Shown here one piece after another: positions 1-8,568 of a stretch of DNA of 64,000 bases. The DNA comes from Candidatus Binataceae bacterium (lineage in GTDB: Bacteria > Desulfobacterota > Binatia > Binatales > Binataceae): NCBI GenBank assembly GCA_050736695.1, contig JBOHWH010000135.1, positions 28,504 through 92,503 of the forward strand. The letters run 5' to 3'. Below the pieces are notes generated by a model. It worked only from the letters and a program-made list of their open reading frames with translations, made no database searches and was not told the DNA's origin. The position numbers were made by a program, and so were the translations under genes. How positions within the stretch are numbered: position 1 is the first letter of the stretch; each line of letters opens with the position of its first letter.

Positions 1-252
1 CACGCACCGGGACTCGGTTCTGATTTCGTTCGGCAGGTCGAGCGCACGCTCGCACAGATAAATGCGAATCCCGAGTCTCTGCAGGGCTTCGACCAGAGTA
101 TCAGGCGACTACTCCTGCCGAGATTTCCTTTCGCAATTCTCTATCTACCGACCAGCGAAGACCTTCTCGTCTTAGCGATCATGCACTTGCGGCGTCGCCC
201 CGGAAATTGGAAAAGACGGCTGCGAAATAGAAGTCTGGAGCGCAAACCGTGA
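1..252 (+). CDS. 5'-partial CDS (start lies outside the window) whose C-terminus resembles a RelE/ParE-family type II toxin
   Basis: Frame 1 is open from base 1 to TGA at 250-252. The C-terminal motif ...RFPFAILYLPTSEDLLVLAIMHLRRRPGNW resembles the ParE/RelE C-terminal signature (YRIIY...VxILRVxHxRRD). The stop overlaps the GTG start of the next gene (GTGA). Confidence 0.35.
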   Translation, partial: HAPGLGSDFVRQVERTLAQINANPESLQGFDQSIRRLLLPRFPFAILYLPTSEDLLVLAIMHLRRRPGNWKRRLRNRSLERKP

Positions 253-992
253 ATCGCGCGGCGGCATTCTCTTACGATTGCAACGCGTGCGGCAAATGCT
301 GCCGCGACAAGGTGATCACGCTTGCGCCGTACGATGTGATCCGAATCGCGCGCGCGGCCGGTGTTCCGACCGGCGAGGCTGTGCGGCGCTTCACCTTGCG
401 GCGCGGGTCGATCCTGAAGTTCGGCGCCGGCGGCGCATGCGGCGCGCTGGCGGGCGTGCGCTGCTCGATTCATGAGGGGCGCCCTCTCGCCTGCCGGCTC
501 TATCCGCTGGGCATCGAGCGCGCCGCCGACGGCCGCGGCGAGCGATTCATCCGGCTCGAACCGGCGCCAGGCTCGCTCGGCGTGTATGGCGAAGACGGCG
601 CGGTCGGCGATTTTCTCGAGGCGCAGGATGTCGCCGAATATCTGGACGCGAATGATCGCTATCGCCGGCTGATACCGCGATTGCGCGCAAGAATCGCCCA
701 GCTCGTAGACTTCGAGAAGATCGAGCCGCGCGAATTCTGGCGCCGCGCCACGCGCGAGGCTCTGGCCGAGTCAGACTACGATCCGAATCCGTTGATCGAC
801 GCGCTATTCGACGCCGACGGATTGGTTGGCAGGCGCGACGACGAGGAAGCCGAGATGTTCGTGCATCTGGCCGCGCTCGCGATACGGGCGGGAAAATCCA
901 CCGACGCGGCGGGTCTCGCGGCCGCCGCGGTGATGCTCGCAGTCAGTCTTGGCTATTCGCCCGCCGAGGCAAGCGGGTCTTCACAGAACTAG
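249..992 (+). CDS. YkgJ-family Fe-S/zinc-chelating cysteine-cluster protein (UPF0153)
   Basis: N-terminal CxxCGxCC motif (DCNACGKCCRDK) and a further Cys cluster (GGACGALAGVRCSIHEGRPLACRLYPLG) are typical of the YkgJ family. GTG start overlaps the upstream stop. Confidence 0.65.
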   Translation: MNRAAAFSYDCNACGKCCRDKVITLAPYDVIRIARAAGVPTGEAVRRFTLRRGSILKFGAGGACGALAGVRCSIHEGRPLACRLYPLGIERAADGRGERFIRLEPAPGSLGVYGEDGAVGDFLEAQDVAEYLDANDRYRRLIPRLRARIAQLVDFEKIEPREFWRRATREALAESDYDPNPLIDALFDADGLVGRRDDEEAEMFVHLAALAIRAGKSTDAAGLAAAAVMLAVSLGYSPAEASGSSQN

Positions 993-998
993 ACGCGC

Positions 999-1604
999 TC
1001 AGAATCCGCCCGACGGAGCGCCAGCCGTCGCGCCCGACGCGGGAGCGGGAGCCGGATGCTCGGGAATTTTGAGGTCGCTCAGGATTTCGGCCGCGTGAAC
1101 AGACGGATCGACGCTCGGATAAACCTTCGCGATCTTGCCGTCGCCATCGATTACGTAAGTGATGCGCCGGTCCAGGCCGAGAATCGGAATTCCGTTGGCG
1201 GCGCCATACTCGGTCGCAATTTTCTTGTCCGGGTCGAGCAGGAGCGGAAACGGGATGTTGTACTTCTTGATAAAAGCGCGATGCGCGTCGGAATCCTGCA
1301 CACTGCATCCCAGCACCACCAATCCCGCCGACTGAAAACGCGCAAAGCCGTCGCGGAAAGCGCACGCCTCTTTAGTGCATCCGGGAGTGTCATCCTTCGG
1401 ATAGAAATAGAGTACGACCGTCTTGCCGCGCAGGTCGGCCAGCGAGATCGGAGAGATCTGGTCGCCCTGCACCATCTGAGTGGAAAATCCCGGCGCGATT
1501 TGCCCTTGCTTGAGCAACTCCGCGCGCGCGGCGCGCGGCCGAAAAATGACGATCGCGACGATCACGATCGCAGCTATGACAATGAGGCCGGCTGGTAACT
1601 TCAT
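999..1604 (-). CDS. bcp: Thioredoxin-dependent peroxiredoxin Bcp/PrxQ (AhpC/TSA family) with N-terminal membrane anchor
   Basis: YFYPKDDTPGCTKEACAFRD is the Bcp/PrxQ active-site motif. A hydrophobic N-terminus follows the Met. A GGGAGA RBS lies 6 nt upstream of the internal ATG at 1604, so the ORF-track start at 1649 is probably too long. Confidence 0.85.
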   Translation of the reverse strand: MKLPAGLIVIAAIVIVAIVIFRPRAARAELLKQGQIAPGFSTQMVQGDQISPISLADLRGKTVVLYFYPKDDTPGCTKEACAFRDGFARFQSAGLVVLGCSVQDSDAHRAFIKKYNIPFPLLLDPDKKIATEYGAANGIPILGLDRRITYVIDGDGKIAKVYPSVDPSVHAAEILSDLKIPEHPAPAPASGATAGAPSGGF

Positions 1605-1661
1605 GTAGTCTCCCTGGTTCCTATAATCGAACGCGCGCGCCGCAACCACATTGCTTAAGTC

Positions 1662-2660
1662 TTATACGCGGTATAGCCATTCCTGATACTTGCGGTCGCG
1701 TCCGTGCAGCGCGTCCTGAAAGACCTTTTGCACCTTGCGCGTGATCGGTCCCGGAGCGCCGCCGCCGATCCGCCGGTCGTCGAGCTCGACCACCGGGGTA
1801 ACCTCCGCCGCGGTGCCGGTCATGAACGCCTCATCGGCGACATAGAAAGCGTCGCGCGCGAAGAGTTCCTCGCGCACTTCGATCGAATTGTCGTGCAGAA
1901 TCTTTATCACCGAGTCGCGCGTGATTCCCGGCAGGATCGAGCTCAGCGTCGGCGTGCGCACGATTCCGTCGCGAATCACGAATACGTTCTCGCCGCTGCC
2001 CTCGGCGACAAACCCCTGCGTATCGAGCAGCAGCGCCTCATCGTAGCCGCCGCGCCGCGCCTCGTAACCGGCCAGAATCGAATTGATATAGTTCCCCGAA
2101 GCCTTCGCCGCCGGCATCATCGAGTTGTGATGAAACCGCACGAACGATGAGGTCTTGAGCCTGACGCCTTTGTTGAGGCCGTCCTCTCCCAGATATGCGC
2201 CCCACGGCCACGCCGCGATCGCAACCCGAGTCTTGTTGCCGCGCGCCGCAAGCCCCATCTCGCCTTCGCCGTAAAACGCGATCGGACGCAGGTAACATTC
2301 GTCGAACTTGTTCACGCGGACTACATCGGCGCACGCCTTAAGCAGCTCCTCGGAGCTGTGATGCATCGGCATCTCGACGATATGCGCAGATTCGAGCAGG
2401 CGGCGGATATGCTCCTTGCCGCGGAAAATGGCGGAGCCTCCGGCATCAAGCTTGTAGCATCGCATCCCTTCGAAAACCGCGAGCCCATAGTGCAGGCTGT
2501 GAGTCAGGACATGGATGTTGGCCTCGTCATAGGGGACCAGGGTTCCATCGATCCAGATCTTGTCCGAACGCAGATTGCTCGCCGCCAAGGGAAAACCTCT
2601 GGGGAAAGAATCGGCGCCGTATGCCCGCTGCGAGCCGCCAAGGCGCCTTCCACGGCTCAA
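1662..2660 (-). CDS. ilvE: Branched-chain amino acid aminotransferase (class IV PLP enzyme)
   Basis: IWIDGTLVPYDEANIHVLTHSLHYG...FEG.RCY and the rest of the 332-aa product match the IlvE fold IV pattern over its length. The true start may be downstream of the ORF-track M. Confidence 0.85.
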   Translation of the reverse strand: MSRGRRLGGSQRAYGADSFPRGFPLAASNLRSDKIWIDGTLVPYDEANIHVLTHSLHYGLAVFEGMRCYKLDAGGSAIFRGKEHIRRLLESAHIVEMPMHHSSEELLKACADVVRVNKFDECYLRPIAFYGEGEMGLAARGNKTRVAIAAWPWGAYLGEDGLNKGVRLKTSSFVRFHHNSMMPAAKASGNYINSILAGYEARRGGYDEALLLDTQGFVAEGSGENVFVIRDGIVRTPTLSSILPGITRDSVIKILHDNSIEVREELFARDAFYVADEAFMTGTAAEVTPVVELDDRRIGGGAPGPITRKVQKVFQDALHGRDRKYQEWLYRV

Positions 2661-2964
2661 AGTTAATCGAAGGGTGATCGCCGGACAAGCCGTTCCCCGT
2701 CGAGAGGGGATCGGCTTAGATGACGGGGGAGAAGATCCACAGAGACTTGCCGTTCGTCATTTCGACCGCAGAGAGAAATCCCGAGCGGAGGGGCTGCTGT
2801 ATGTGGCGTCGGCGCCGCGCATGGGCACCTCGTGATTTCTCGCTCAGGGCTCGAAATGACGACCTCAGGGAACCGCCGACGCCGGGTCTCTGGGCTGCCG
2901 GCGATCGTGGGCGAGACGCCTGCGCTACTAATGATTGTCGGCGCGATTTGCGCGGTGAAATGTT

Positions 2965-4359
2965 TCAGTCTTGCGGCTTGATTGCTTGCGCGGCTGATTC
3001 TCTTGGGTTCGCGCCGGTGTCCGGCGGTGAGGCTTCTGCTGATGCCCTTTGTTGCGCGCCGTTCGGCGCTATTTCATGGTTGCCGCGATGCGCCCTGCCG
3101 CCGCGGCGGCGGCGTCGGCGGCGTCTGCGGCCGCCGGCCGGGGGTGCCTCGGATGCAGTTTCCGGTTGCGGATGCGGGCGCGCGACAAACCCGTCGGGAT
3201 TTTCGACGTAGCGCGCAAGGATTCGTGTGTCGATTCCGTAAGTCGGCGCCATCGCCTCGAAGAATTTGCGCGCCGACTCGAAGTACGGCCTGCGCATCAG
3301 CCGCCGCGTGCGGCGCGACGGCGCGGCCATGTTCTCGAACGCGTCATGGATGAGCCGCATCCGCTCGGTGTCTCCGCGGGCAAACCCGCGCGCGCGCAAC
3401 TCGTCGAGCAGGTCAAAATCGCTATTGCGCGCGCCGGGGTTGCGCACCAGATCGAGCGTCATTGCGGCGAGCACGAAGGCATGGTCGGGCGGAGTGATTC
3501 CCTCGATCATCCTGCCGAGCGCCGCCATGTTGCGAATCGTCGGCGCGCCGGCCGGGTCGCCTTCATGGCGTCGCAGATGCTCGGAGAGAAACGGAATCAG
3601 CGCCTCGAGCAGCCCGATCTCCTCCATCAGCGCGGCGGCGCGCGCGCAAGCGGACTGCCCGAGCGTGCGATAGGTCTCTTCGACCAGACGCGGTACGGAG
3701 GCCTTGGCGAGATCGGCGCGATGCGTCTCGATTGCGGCGCGGGTAGCCGGTTCGATCTCGAAGCCGAGTTTGGCGGCGAAGCGCACCGCGCGCATCATCC
3801 GCACCGGATCTTCGCGCATCCGCAGCACCGGCGCGCCTATCGTGCGGATCAGCCGTGAGCGAAGATCGTCGCCGCCGCCGGCGTAGTCGATCACATTGAA
3901 TGTCTGCGGATCATAGAACAGCGAATTGACAGTGAAGTCGCGCCGAAACGCGTCTTCCTCTGGCGTGCCGAAGGTATTGTCGGCGCGGATCAGCGGATCA
4001 CCCTCGGCGGCGACCTCCTCGCTCTGGCGGCGAAAGGTCGCGACTTCGATATTCTGTGGTCCGAAGAAAACGTGCACCAGGCGAAAGCGCCGGCCGATCA
4101 AACGCGAGTTGCGGAACAGATCGCGGACCTGCTGCGGATGCGCCGAGGTCGCAACGTCGAAGTCCTTGGGCCGCCGACCCAGCATCAGGTCGCGCACCGA
4201 GCCGCCGACCAGGTAGGCGATGTGGCCAGCCGCGCCGAGCCGGTACAACACCTTTAATACATTGGGATCGATATCGCGGCGCGAGATCGGATGCTCTGAG
4301 CGAACGATAATGCGCGGTTCCAATTCCGATGACCTTGCGGCCGGGGTCACGATGCGCAC
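2965..4359 (-). CDS. pcnB: Poly(A) polymerase I / CCA-adding enzyme family nucleotidyltransferase with Arg-rich C-terminal tail
   Basis: N-terminal GGSVRDLMLGRRPKDFDVAT (polymerase beta-like NTase motif) and RLIGRRF.LVHVFFG are PcnB features. The C-terminus is strongly R-rich, as in PcnB. Confidence 0.8.
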   Translation of the reverse strand: MRIVTPAARSSELEPRIIVRSEHPISRRDIDPNVLKVLYRLGAAGHIAYLVGGSVRDLMLGRRPKDFDVATSAHPQQVRDLFRNSRLIGRRFRLVHVFFGPQNIEVATFRRQSEEVAAEGDPLIRADNTFGTPEEDAFRRDFTVNSLFYDPQTFNVIDYAGGGDDLRSRLIRTIGAPVLRMREDPVRMMRAVRFAAKLGFEIEPATRAAIETHRADLAKASVPRLVEETYRTLGQSACARAAALMEEIGLLEALIPFLSEHLRRHEGDPAGAPTIRNMAALGRMIEGITPPDHAFVLAAMTLDLVRNPGARNSDFDLLDELRARGFARGDTERMRLIHDAFENMAAPSRRTRRLMRRPYFESARKFFEAMAPTYGIDTRILARYVENPDGFVARPHPQPETASEAPPAGGRRRRRRRRRGGRAHRGNHEIAPNGAQQRASAEASPPDTGANPRESAAQAIKPQD

Positions 4360-4527
4360 GCCCCCTCGCGCCCATCCCCTACCGCCGCCAAGAACCTAGC
4401 ACGACGCTCGTCGCTCTTCATCGCCCCCCGCTACTTCTTCCGGGTCATGCCGGGCGATTGAAAAACCGTGCATATTGAGTGTGAATCACGGTACGATTGA
4501 GACCATACCTGAAAGGAGCCTGATCGA

Positions 4528-5058
4528 ATGGGAAAATTTGTCGCCGACGTAAAGAAAATCCGTGAGCGCGCCCGCAAGAACATGGAGGAAGGCCCGGTCA
4601 CCGCTGGCTACAAGGCCAATCGCAAGGACGTCGTAAAAGTGCTCAACGATGTCCTCGCGACCGAGTTGGTCTGCGTGTTGCGCTACAAGCGCCACTACTA
4701 CACCGCCGATGGCATCTACGCCGATCCCGCGCGCCAGGAATTCCTGCAGCACGCGGGTGAGGAACAACAGCATGCCGACTGGATCGCGGAGCGCATCAGC
4801 CAGCTCGGGGGAAAACCAAACTACAGCCCAACCGGGATGGCGGAGCGGGCGCACTCGCAATACGACGACAGCGAATCGCTGACCGACATGATCAGGGAAG
4901 ATCTGGTTGCCGAGCGAATCGCGGTCGAGTCGTATTCGGATATCGTACGATGGCTCAGCGACAAGGATCCGACTACCCGGATCCTGATCGAGCAGATCCT
5001 CAAGATGGAAGAAGAACATGCCGACGACATGAAGAATCTGCTCGCGAAGATTTCGTAG
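4528..5058 (+). CDS. Bacterioferritin-like / ferritin-like diiron domain protein
   Basis: ELVCVLRYKRHYY and EEQQHADWIAERISQLGG fit the ferritin-like four-helix E..H diiron pattern. AAAGGAG RBS lies 8 nt upstream. A TTGAAA -35-like hexamer is upstream. Confidence 0.6.
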   Translation: MGKFVADVKKIRERARKNMEEGPVTAGYKANRKDVVKVLNDVLATELVCVLRYKRHYYTADGIYADPARQEFLQHAGEEQQHADWIAERISQLGGKPNYSPTGMAERAHSQYDDSESLTDMIREDLVAERIAVESYSDIVRWLSDKDPTTRILIEQILKMEEEHADDMKNLLAKIS

Positions 5059-5117
5059 CGAACAATCGGCCGCATTCCTCTATCGATCCCAAGTGGGAGG
5101 AAGAGCGCGTGCGCCGT

Positions 5118-5732
5118 TCAAGCACGCGATCGATAGGCGAGCGCTCGCTCGATCATCGCCGCGATGTAGAAGATCGCCAACGCGGGTGTCGCGGTCTTGA
5201 TTGCGCCGCGCGCAATCGAGCCGGGCGGCGTCAGCGCGAGCGCCAGAACCAGCCCATAGTTGACCACGCCGCCGTAATGTCCGAGCCGGCTGCGGATCGG
5301 AGCACCGGCGCGATACAGCATCCGCGAATCGATCGCATATTGTGAAAAGGAAACCGCGATCAGAATTGGGATATAGAAAGGGATTGCACCGGACGCCGCC
5401 GCACAGCCAAGCGCGGCCAGCACAAAGGTGACATCGGCGATCGGATCAAGCCAACGCCCGGTACCGCCGCCGACTCCGAGCCGGCGCGCAACGCGGCCGT
5501 CAAGGAAATCGCTTGCCGCGGCGGCAATCGCGATCATCGCAAACGCGATCCGCGACTGCGGCGCCGCGAGATATATCGCGATCCACGCAGCCGCAAGCCC
5601 AAATCGAGCGAGCGTAAGCACGTTGGCCGCTTGCGCACGAATCGCGGAGTATGCCGGTTCGCTTGGGAACGCGCTTTTCCTTATAGTCGCACCCTTATGC
5701 CCGAGTCGCGCACTATCCAGATCGTCAGCCAC
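5118..5732 (-). CDS. pgsA: CDP-alcohol phosphatidyltransferase family protein (PgsA-like)
   Basis: DFLDGRVARRLG...G.WLDPIADV is the CDP-alcohol phosphatidyltransferase signature (D-G-x2-A-R...D-x3-D), with multiple TM helices. The N-terminal 30-40 codons overlap the divergent neighbour, so the true start is probably internal. Confidence 0.7.
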   Translation of the reverse strand: MADDLDSARLGHKGATIRKSAFPSEPAYSAIRAQAANVLTLARFGLAAAWIAIYLAAPQSRIAFAMIAIAAAASDFLDGRVARRLGVGGGTGRWLDPIADVTFVLAALGCAAASGAIPFYIPILIAVSFSQYAIDSRMLYRAGAPIRSRLGHYGGVVNYGLVLALALTPPGSIARGAIKTATPALAIFYIAAMIERALAYRSRA

Positions 5733-6680
5733 GGACCCTCATGCCTCGACGGCGTGATGGCGGCCGCGGCGGTCGCGCGATTTTACGACGGCGAGCGCGT
5801 GATCGCGGTTCTGCCCGGCAACAACGAAGCGGACCGGACGATCCGCGGCCTCGAGCTCAAATCGCAGGGTGCCGGCAATGACGAAATCTGGATCACCGAT
5901 CTTTCCTGGACCTCGCTCGAGACCGGCAGACATCTGACTTCGCTGATCGAGCGCGGCGCGCGCGTCTTCTGGATCGATCATCATCGCACCGCAGTCTCCC
6001 GCGCGGGCGCGCCGGAGTTCAAGGTTCCATTCACCGGCAAGATTTTGTCCGAGCAATACTCGGCGGCGCGGCTGACGTTTAATTTCCTGCGCAAGATCGC
6101 GCGGGACACGATGCCGGCGGGACGCCGCGAAGCCTACGAGGCGTTCGCGCCCTTTGCCGCGATCGCCGACGATCACGACCGCTGGGTCCACAAAATCCCC
6201 GAATCCGCAGATTGGGCGCTCGCCGTGCAGACCCTCGGCGGCCGCAATTCGTATCGCGAGATCCTGCGCCTGCGCGACCCCGTCATGACGCGGCGGCTGC
6301 GCTCGGCGCTCGAAGCCGGCAAAGAGGGGATGCAAAAGAGCGTCGATCTCGCGCGCGCCACGATGGTCGATCGGATGCTCGCCAACGGAATCAAGGTGCG
6401 CACCGCATGCTGCTTCGGTTACAGCAGTGAAGTCGCCTCCTATCTCTACGAAGGGCAGCTCCGCACCGTCGTCGCGTTGTTCGACCTGCGCAGTCAGGGC
6501 GTAAGCCTGCGCCGCAGCGCCGATAGCGATATAAACCTGGCGGTGCTGGCGGAAGGTTTTGGCGGTGGAGGACACGCGGCGGCTTCTGGTTTCGCGATCG
6601 CCGATCTGCGCCGATTACCCGCCGAACGTCTGGCCGAGCTGCTAGCCGATAAACTCGAAAAATCCACCCCCACCGAGTAG
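5697..6680 (+). CDS. DHH/DHHA1 family phosphoesterase (NrnA-like bifunctional oligoribonuclease/pAp phosphatase)
   Basis: A DHH-type N-terminal domain and the C-terminal DHHA1 motif GGGGHAAASGF are present. The ATG at 5697 is the first Met; the TTG at 5631 given by the ORF track overlaps the divergent pgsA-like gene. Confidence 0.75.
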   Translation: MPESRTIQIVSHGPSCLDGVMAAAAVARFYDGERVIAVLPGNNEADRTIRGLELKSQGAGNDEIWITDLSWTSLETGRHLTSLIERGARVFWIDHHRTAVSRAGAPEFKVPFTGKILSEQYSAARLTFNFLRKIARDTMPAGRREAYEAFAPFAAIADDHDRWVHKIPESADWALAVQTLGGRNSYREILRLRDPVMTRRLRSALEAGKEGMQKSVDLARATMVDRMLANGIKVRTACCFGYSSEVASYLYEGQLRTVVALFDLRSQGVSLRRSADSDINLAVLAEGFGGGGHAAASGFAIADLRRLPAERLAELLADKLEKSTPTE

Positions 6681-6681
6681 C

Positions 6682-7107
6682 TTGTCCGTCCGATCACTTG
6701 AGCGACGAACGATGCAATCAACTGCCACCATCGACGTGAGATCCCACATGAGCGAAATGCTGATAGTCCTGGCAATCGGACTCACCGCCGGCGTGCTGAG
6801 CGGTTTTTTCGGAGTCGGCGGCGGAGTGCTGATTGTTCCTACGCTGGTGGTGCTGCTCGCGATGCCGATGCATGCCGCAGTCGGCACCTCGCTTGCGGCC
6901 CTATTGCCTCCGGTCGGAATTCTGGGCGCGTACGAGTACTACAAAACCGGGAACGTGAATATCGGCTTCGCCGCGATGCTGGCGGCCGGACTCATCCTGG
7001 GCGGGTTCGTCGGCGCCAAAATCGCGGTCGGAGTCGCACCCGTCCTGTTGCGCCGGGCGTTTGCGATTTTTCTGATCGCGATATCGATTCGCATGCTGAT
7101 GAAGTAG
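6682..7107 (+). CDS. TauE/SafE (DUF81) family sulfite-exporter-like membrane protein, half-size
   Basis: GFFGVGGGVLIVP and GFVGAKIA motifs lie in TM helices. The start may be the internal M at 6748. Confidence 0.6.
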   Translation: MSVRSLERRTMQSTATIDVRSHMSEMLIVLAIGLTAGVLSGFFGVGGGVLIVPTLVVLLAMPMHAAVGTSLAALLPPVGILGAYEYYKTGNVNIGFAAMLAAGLILGGFVGAKIAVGVAPVLLRRAFAIFLIAISIRMLMK

Positions 7108-7172
7108 ATCTGGCGGCGGCGCGGATTCTCTCACTGCTTGCGCCTGCGGCGAACCCTTACTAGATTCGCGCC

Positions 7173-7595
7173 GTGGACACACGGCTTCAAGATGCCCTGA
7201 ATTTGCTGCTCGAATCCGAACGCGCAGGCACACTCGCGCTAGAGGTGCTCGCGGGCGAGGTCGAACAAGAGGGCCTGCGCCGCTTTCTGCGCGGCTCGCG
7301 CGAAGAAGAGGCACGCAACGTCCGCGAACTCGAGGCGCTGATTCGCGCCGGCGGCGGCACGCCCTCGGAAAAGATCGGTCCCTTCGCCGCCAAAGTCGCA
7401 GCACTGCCTACAGTTCGCGAGCGGCTGAACCTGATGTCGCGCGGGCAGGAATGGGCCGCGCGCAAGACCGAGGACGCGCTCGCAGTCGCGCCGTCCACCG
7501 GGCCGATTCACGATTTCCTGGCCGCGATGGCGAATCATCATCGCGCGGAAGTCGAATGGGGTCGCGCCGAAGTCATCCGCCTGCTGTCCGCGTAA
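7173..7595 (+). CDS. Hypothetical protein
   Basis: 140-aa ORF with protein-like composition; no recognisable motif. Confidence 0.35.
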   Translation: MDTRLQDALNLLLESERAGTLALEVLAGEVEQEGLRRFLRGSREEEARNVRELEALIRAGGGTPSEKIGPFAAKVAALPTVRERLNLMSRGQEWAARKTEDALAVAPSTGPIHDFLAAMANHHRAEVEWGRAEVIRLLSA

Positions 7596-7628
7596 TCAGC
7601 CGCGCTACTAATCGCGACGCGCGCGAAA

Positions 7629-7865
7629 TCAGCTAAGTCCCAGCGCGTTTCTGAATTGCGAAACGCTGAAGCCGATGATCGGATGCTCATCGATCATCGT
7701 GACCGGTGTCGCGCGAAAGCCCTTGGCGATAAGCTCGTCGCGCGCGATGGAATCGTGAGTGATGTTTTTCTCCGTGAACGCAACCTGGTTGCGCGAGAGA
7801 TATTCCTTCGCCTGATGGCACGCGGAACATTGGTCCTGGGTATAAACCACGACTTTCATCGTCAT
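7629..7865 (-). CDS. Glutaredoxin-like (NrdH/Grx family) small redox protein
   Basis: 78 aa; CSAC (CxxC) active site in a thioredoxin-fold pattern (VVVYTQDQCSACHQAKEYL...TPVTMID). Confidence 0.7.
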   Translation of the reverse strand: MTMKVVVYTQDQCSACHQAKEYLSRNQVAFTEKNITHDSIARDELIAKGFRATPVTMIDEHPIIGFSVSQFRNALGLS

Positions 7866-7890
7866 CGCCTCCGGATTTTCCCGGCACCCG

Positions 7891-8505
7891 TCAACCCTTG
7901 GCCGGCGCGGGTGCGGGAATTTCTTTCATCCGCGCTGTGGTGTCGCCATCGAACTCGAGATGCAGCGCGCGCACGATCATTCCGTGCATCCGCCATAGCC
8001 CAATCACGTAGAACAACTCCATAATCTGTGCGTCATCGAGATGCAGCTTCAGCGCGGCGAATGATTCGTCCTCCACCAGATTACGCCCGACGATTTCGTC
8101 AGTCACCTGCATCACCGCGCGTTCGGAGGGAGTGAATCTGTCGGACAGCGCCCAAGTTTTAATCGCGGCAAGCTTGTCGTCAGCGACGCCGACCATACGC
8201 GCGACCTTCAGATGCTGCGAATACTCGAACCGGGAATCGCCTACGATTCCGGTGCGCAGAATCGCGAGCTCGCGCAGCTTGGCGGGCAGCTTGCGCCCCG
8301 GCTGCATCAGAGCCATCAGCGAATTTCGCGCCTGGAAAAGAAGATCCGGCACCAACGCGAACGTTGTCCAGTAATCGCCGGGCGTGCCGGTCGCGGTGCC
8401 CGGATTCTTGACCGGATCGCGGCCGCCAAAAAATTGTTTGTACAGTTCCTTGATCTCGGGCGAAGCCTCGTCGAGGCTCACCTGCTTGAGTCGTCCCATC
8501 GCCAT
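7891..8505 (-). CDS. Carboxymuconolactone decarboxylase (CMD/AhpD-like) family protein, Cys-less
   Basis: CMD-fold pattern (AILRTGIVGDSRFEYSQHLKVAR...). It has no cysteines, so it is a non-peroxidase member. Confidence 0.7.
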   Translation of the reverse strand: MAMGRLKQVSLDEASPEIKELYKQFFGGRDPVKNPGTATGTPGDYWTTFALVPDLLFQARNSLMALMQPGRKLPAKLRELAILRTGIVGDSRFEYSQHLKVARMVGVADDKLAAIKTWALSDRFTPSERAVMQVTDEIVGRNLVEDESFAALKLHLDDAQIMELFYVIGLWRMHGMIVRALHLEFDGDTTARMKEIPAPAPAKG

Positions 8506-8568
8506 TCCTCCTCCTGTGGGCTTCGCGCGCGATGCGCGGACAGCGCAACCTTCGCGCAGGCATAGGTT

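Noticed and set aside
3049-3858. 269-aa plus-strand ORF inside pcnB
   Set aside because: It lies antisense to a well-supported gene. Its R/A/P-rich, low-complexity translation is typical of the open alternative frames that high-GC DNA produces.
4440-4527. Possible Fur/PerR box upstream of the bacterioferritin-like gene (gtgtgaatcacgg)
   Set aside because: It is only a 7/9 imperfect palindrome with no match to the 19-bp Fur consensus. Not reportable as a site.
5739-6575. 278-aa minus-strand ORF inside the DHH phosphoesterase gene
   Set aside because: It is antisense to a gene with clear DHH/DHHA1 motifs. The translation is Arg/Ala-rich nonsense.
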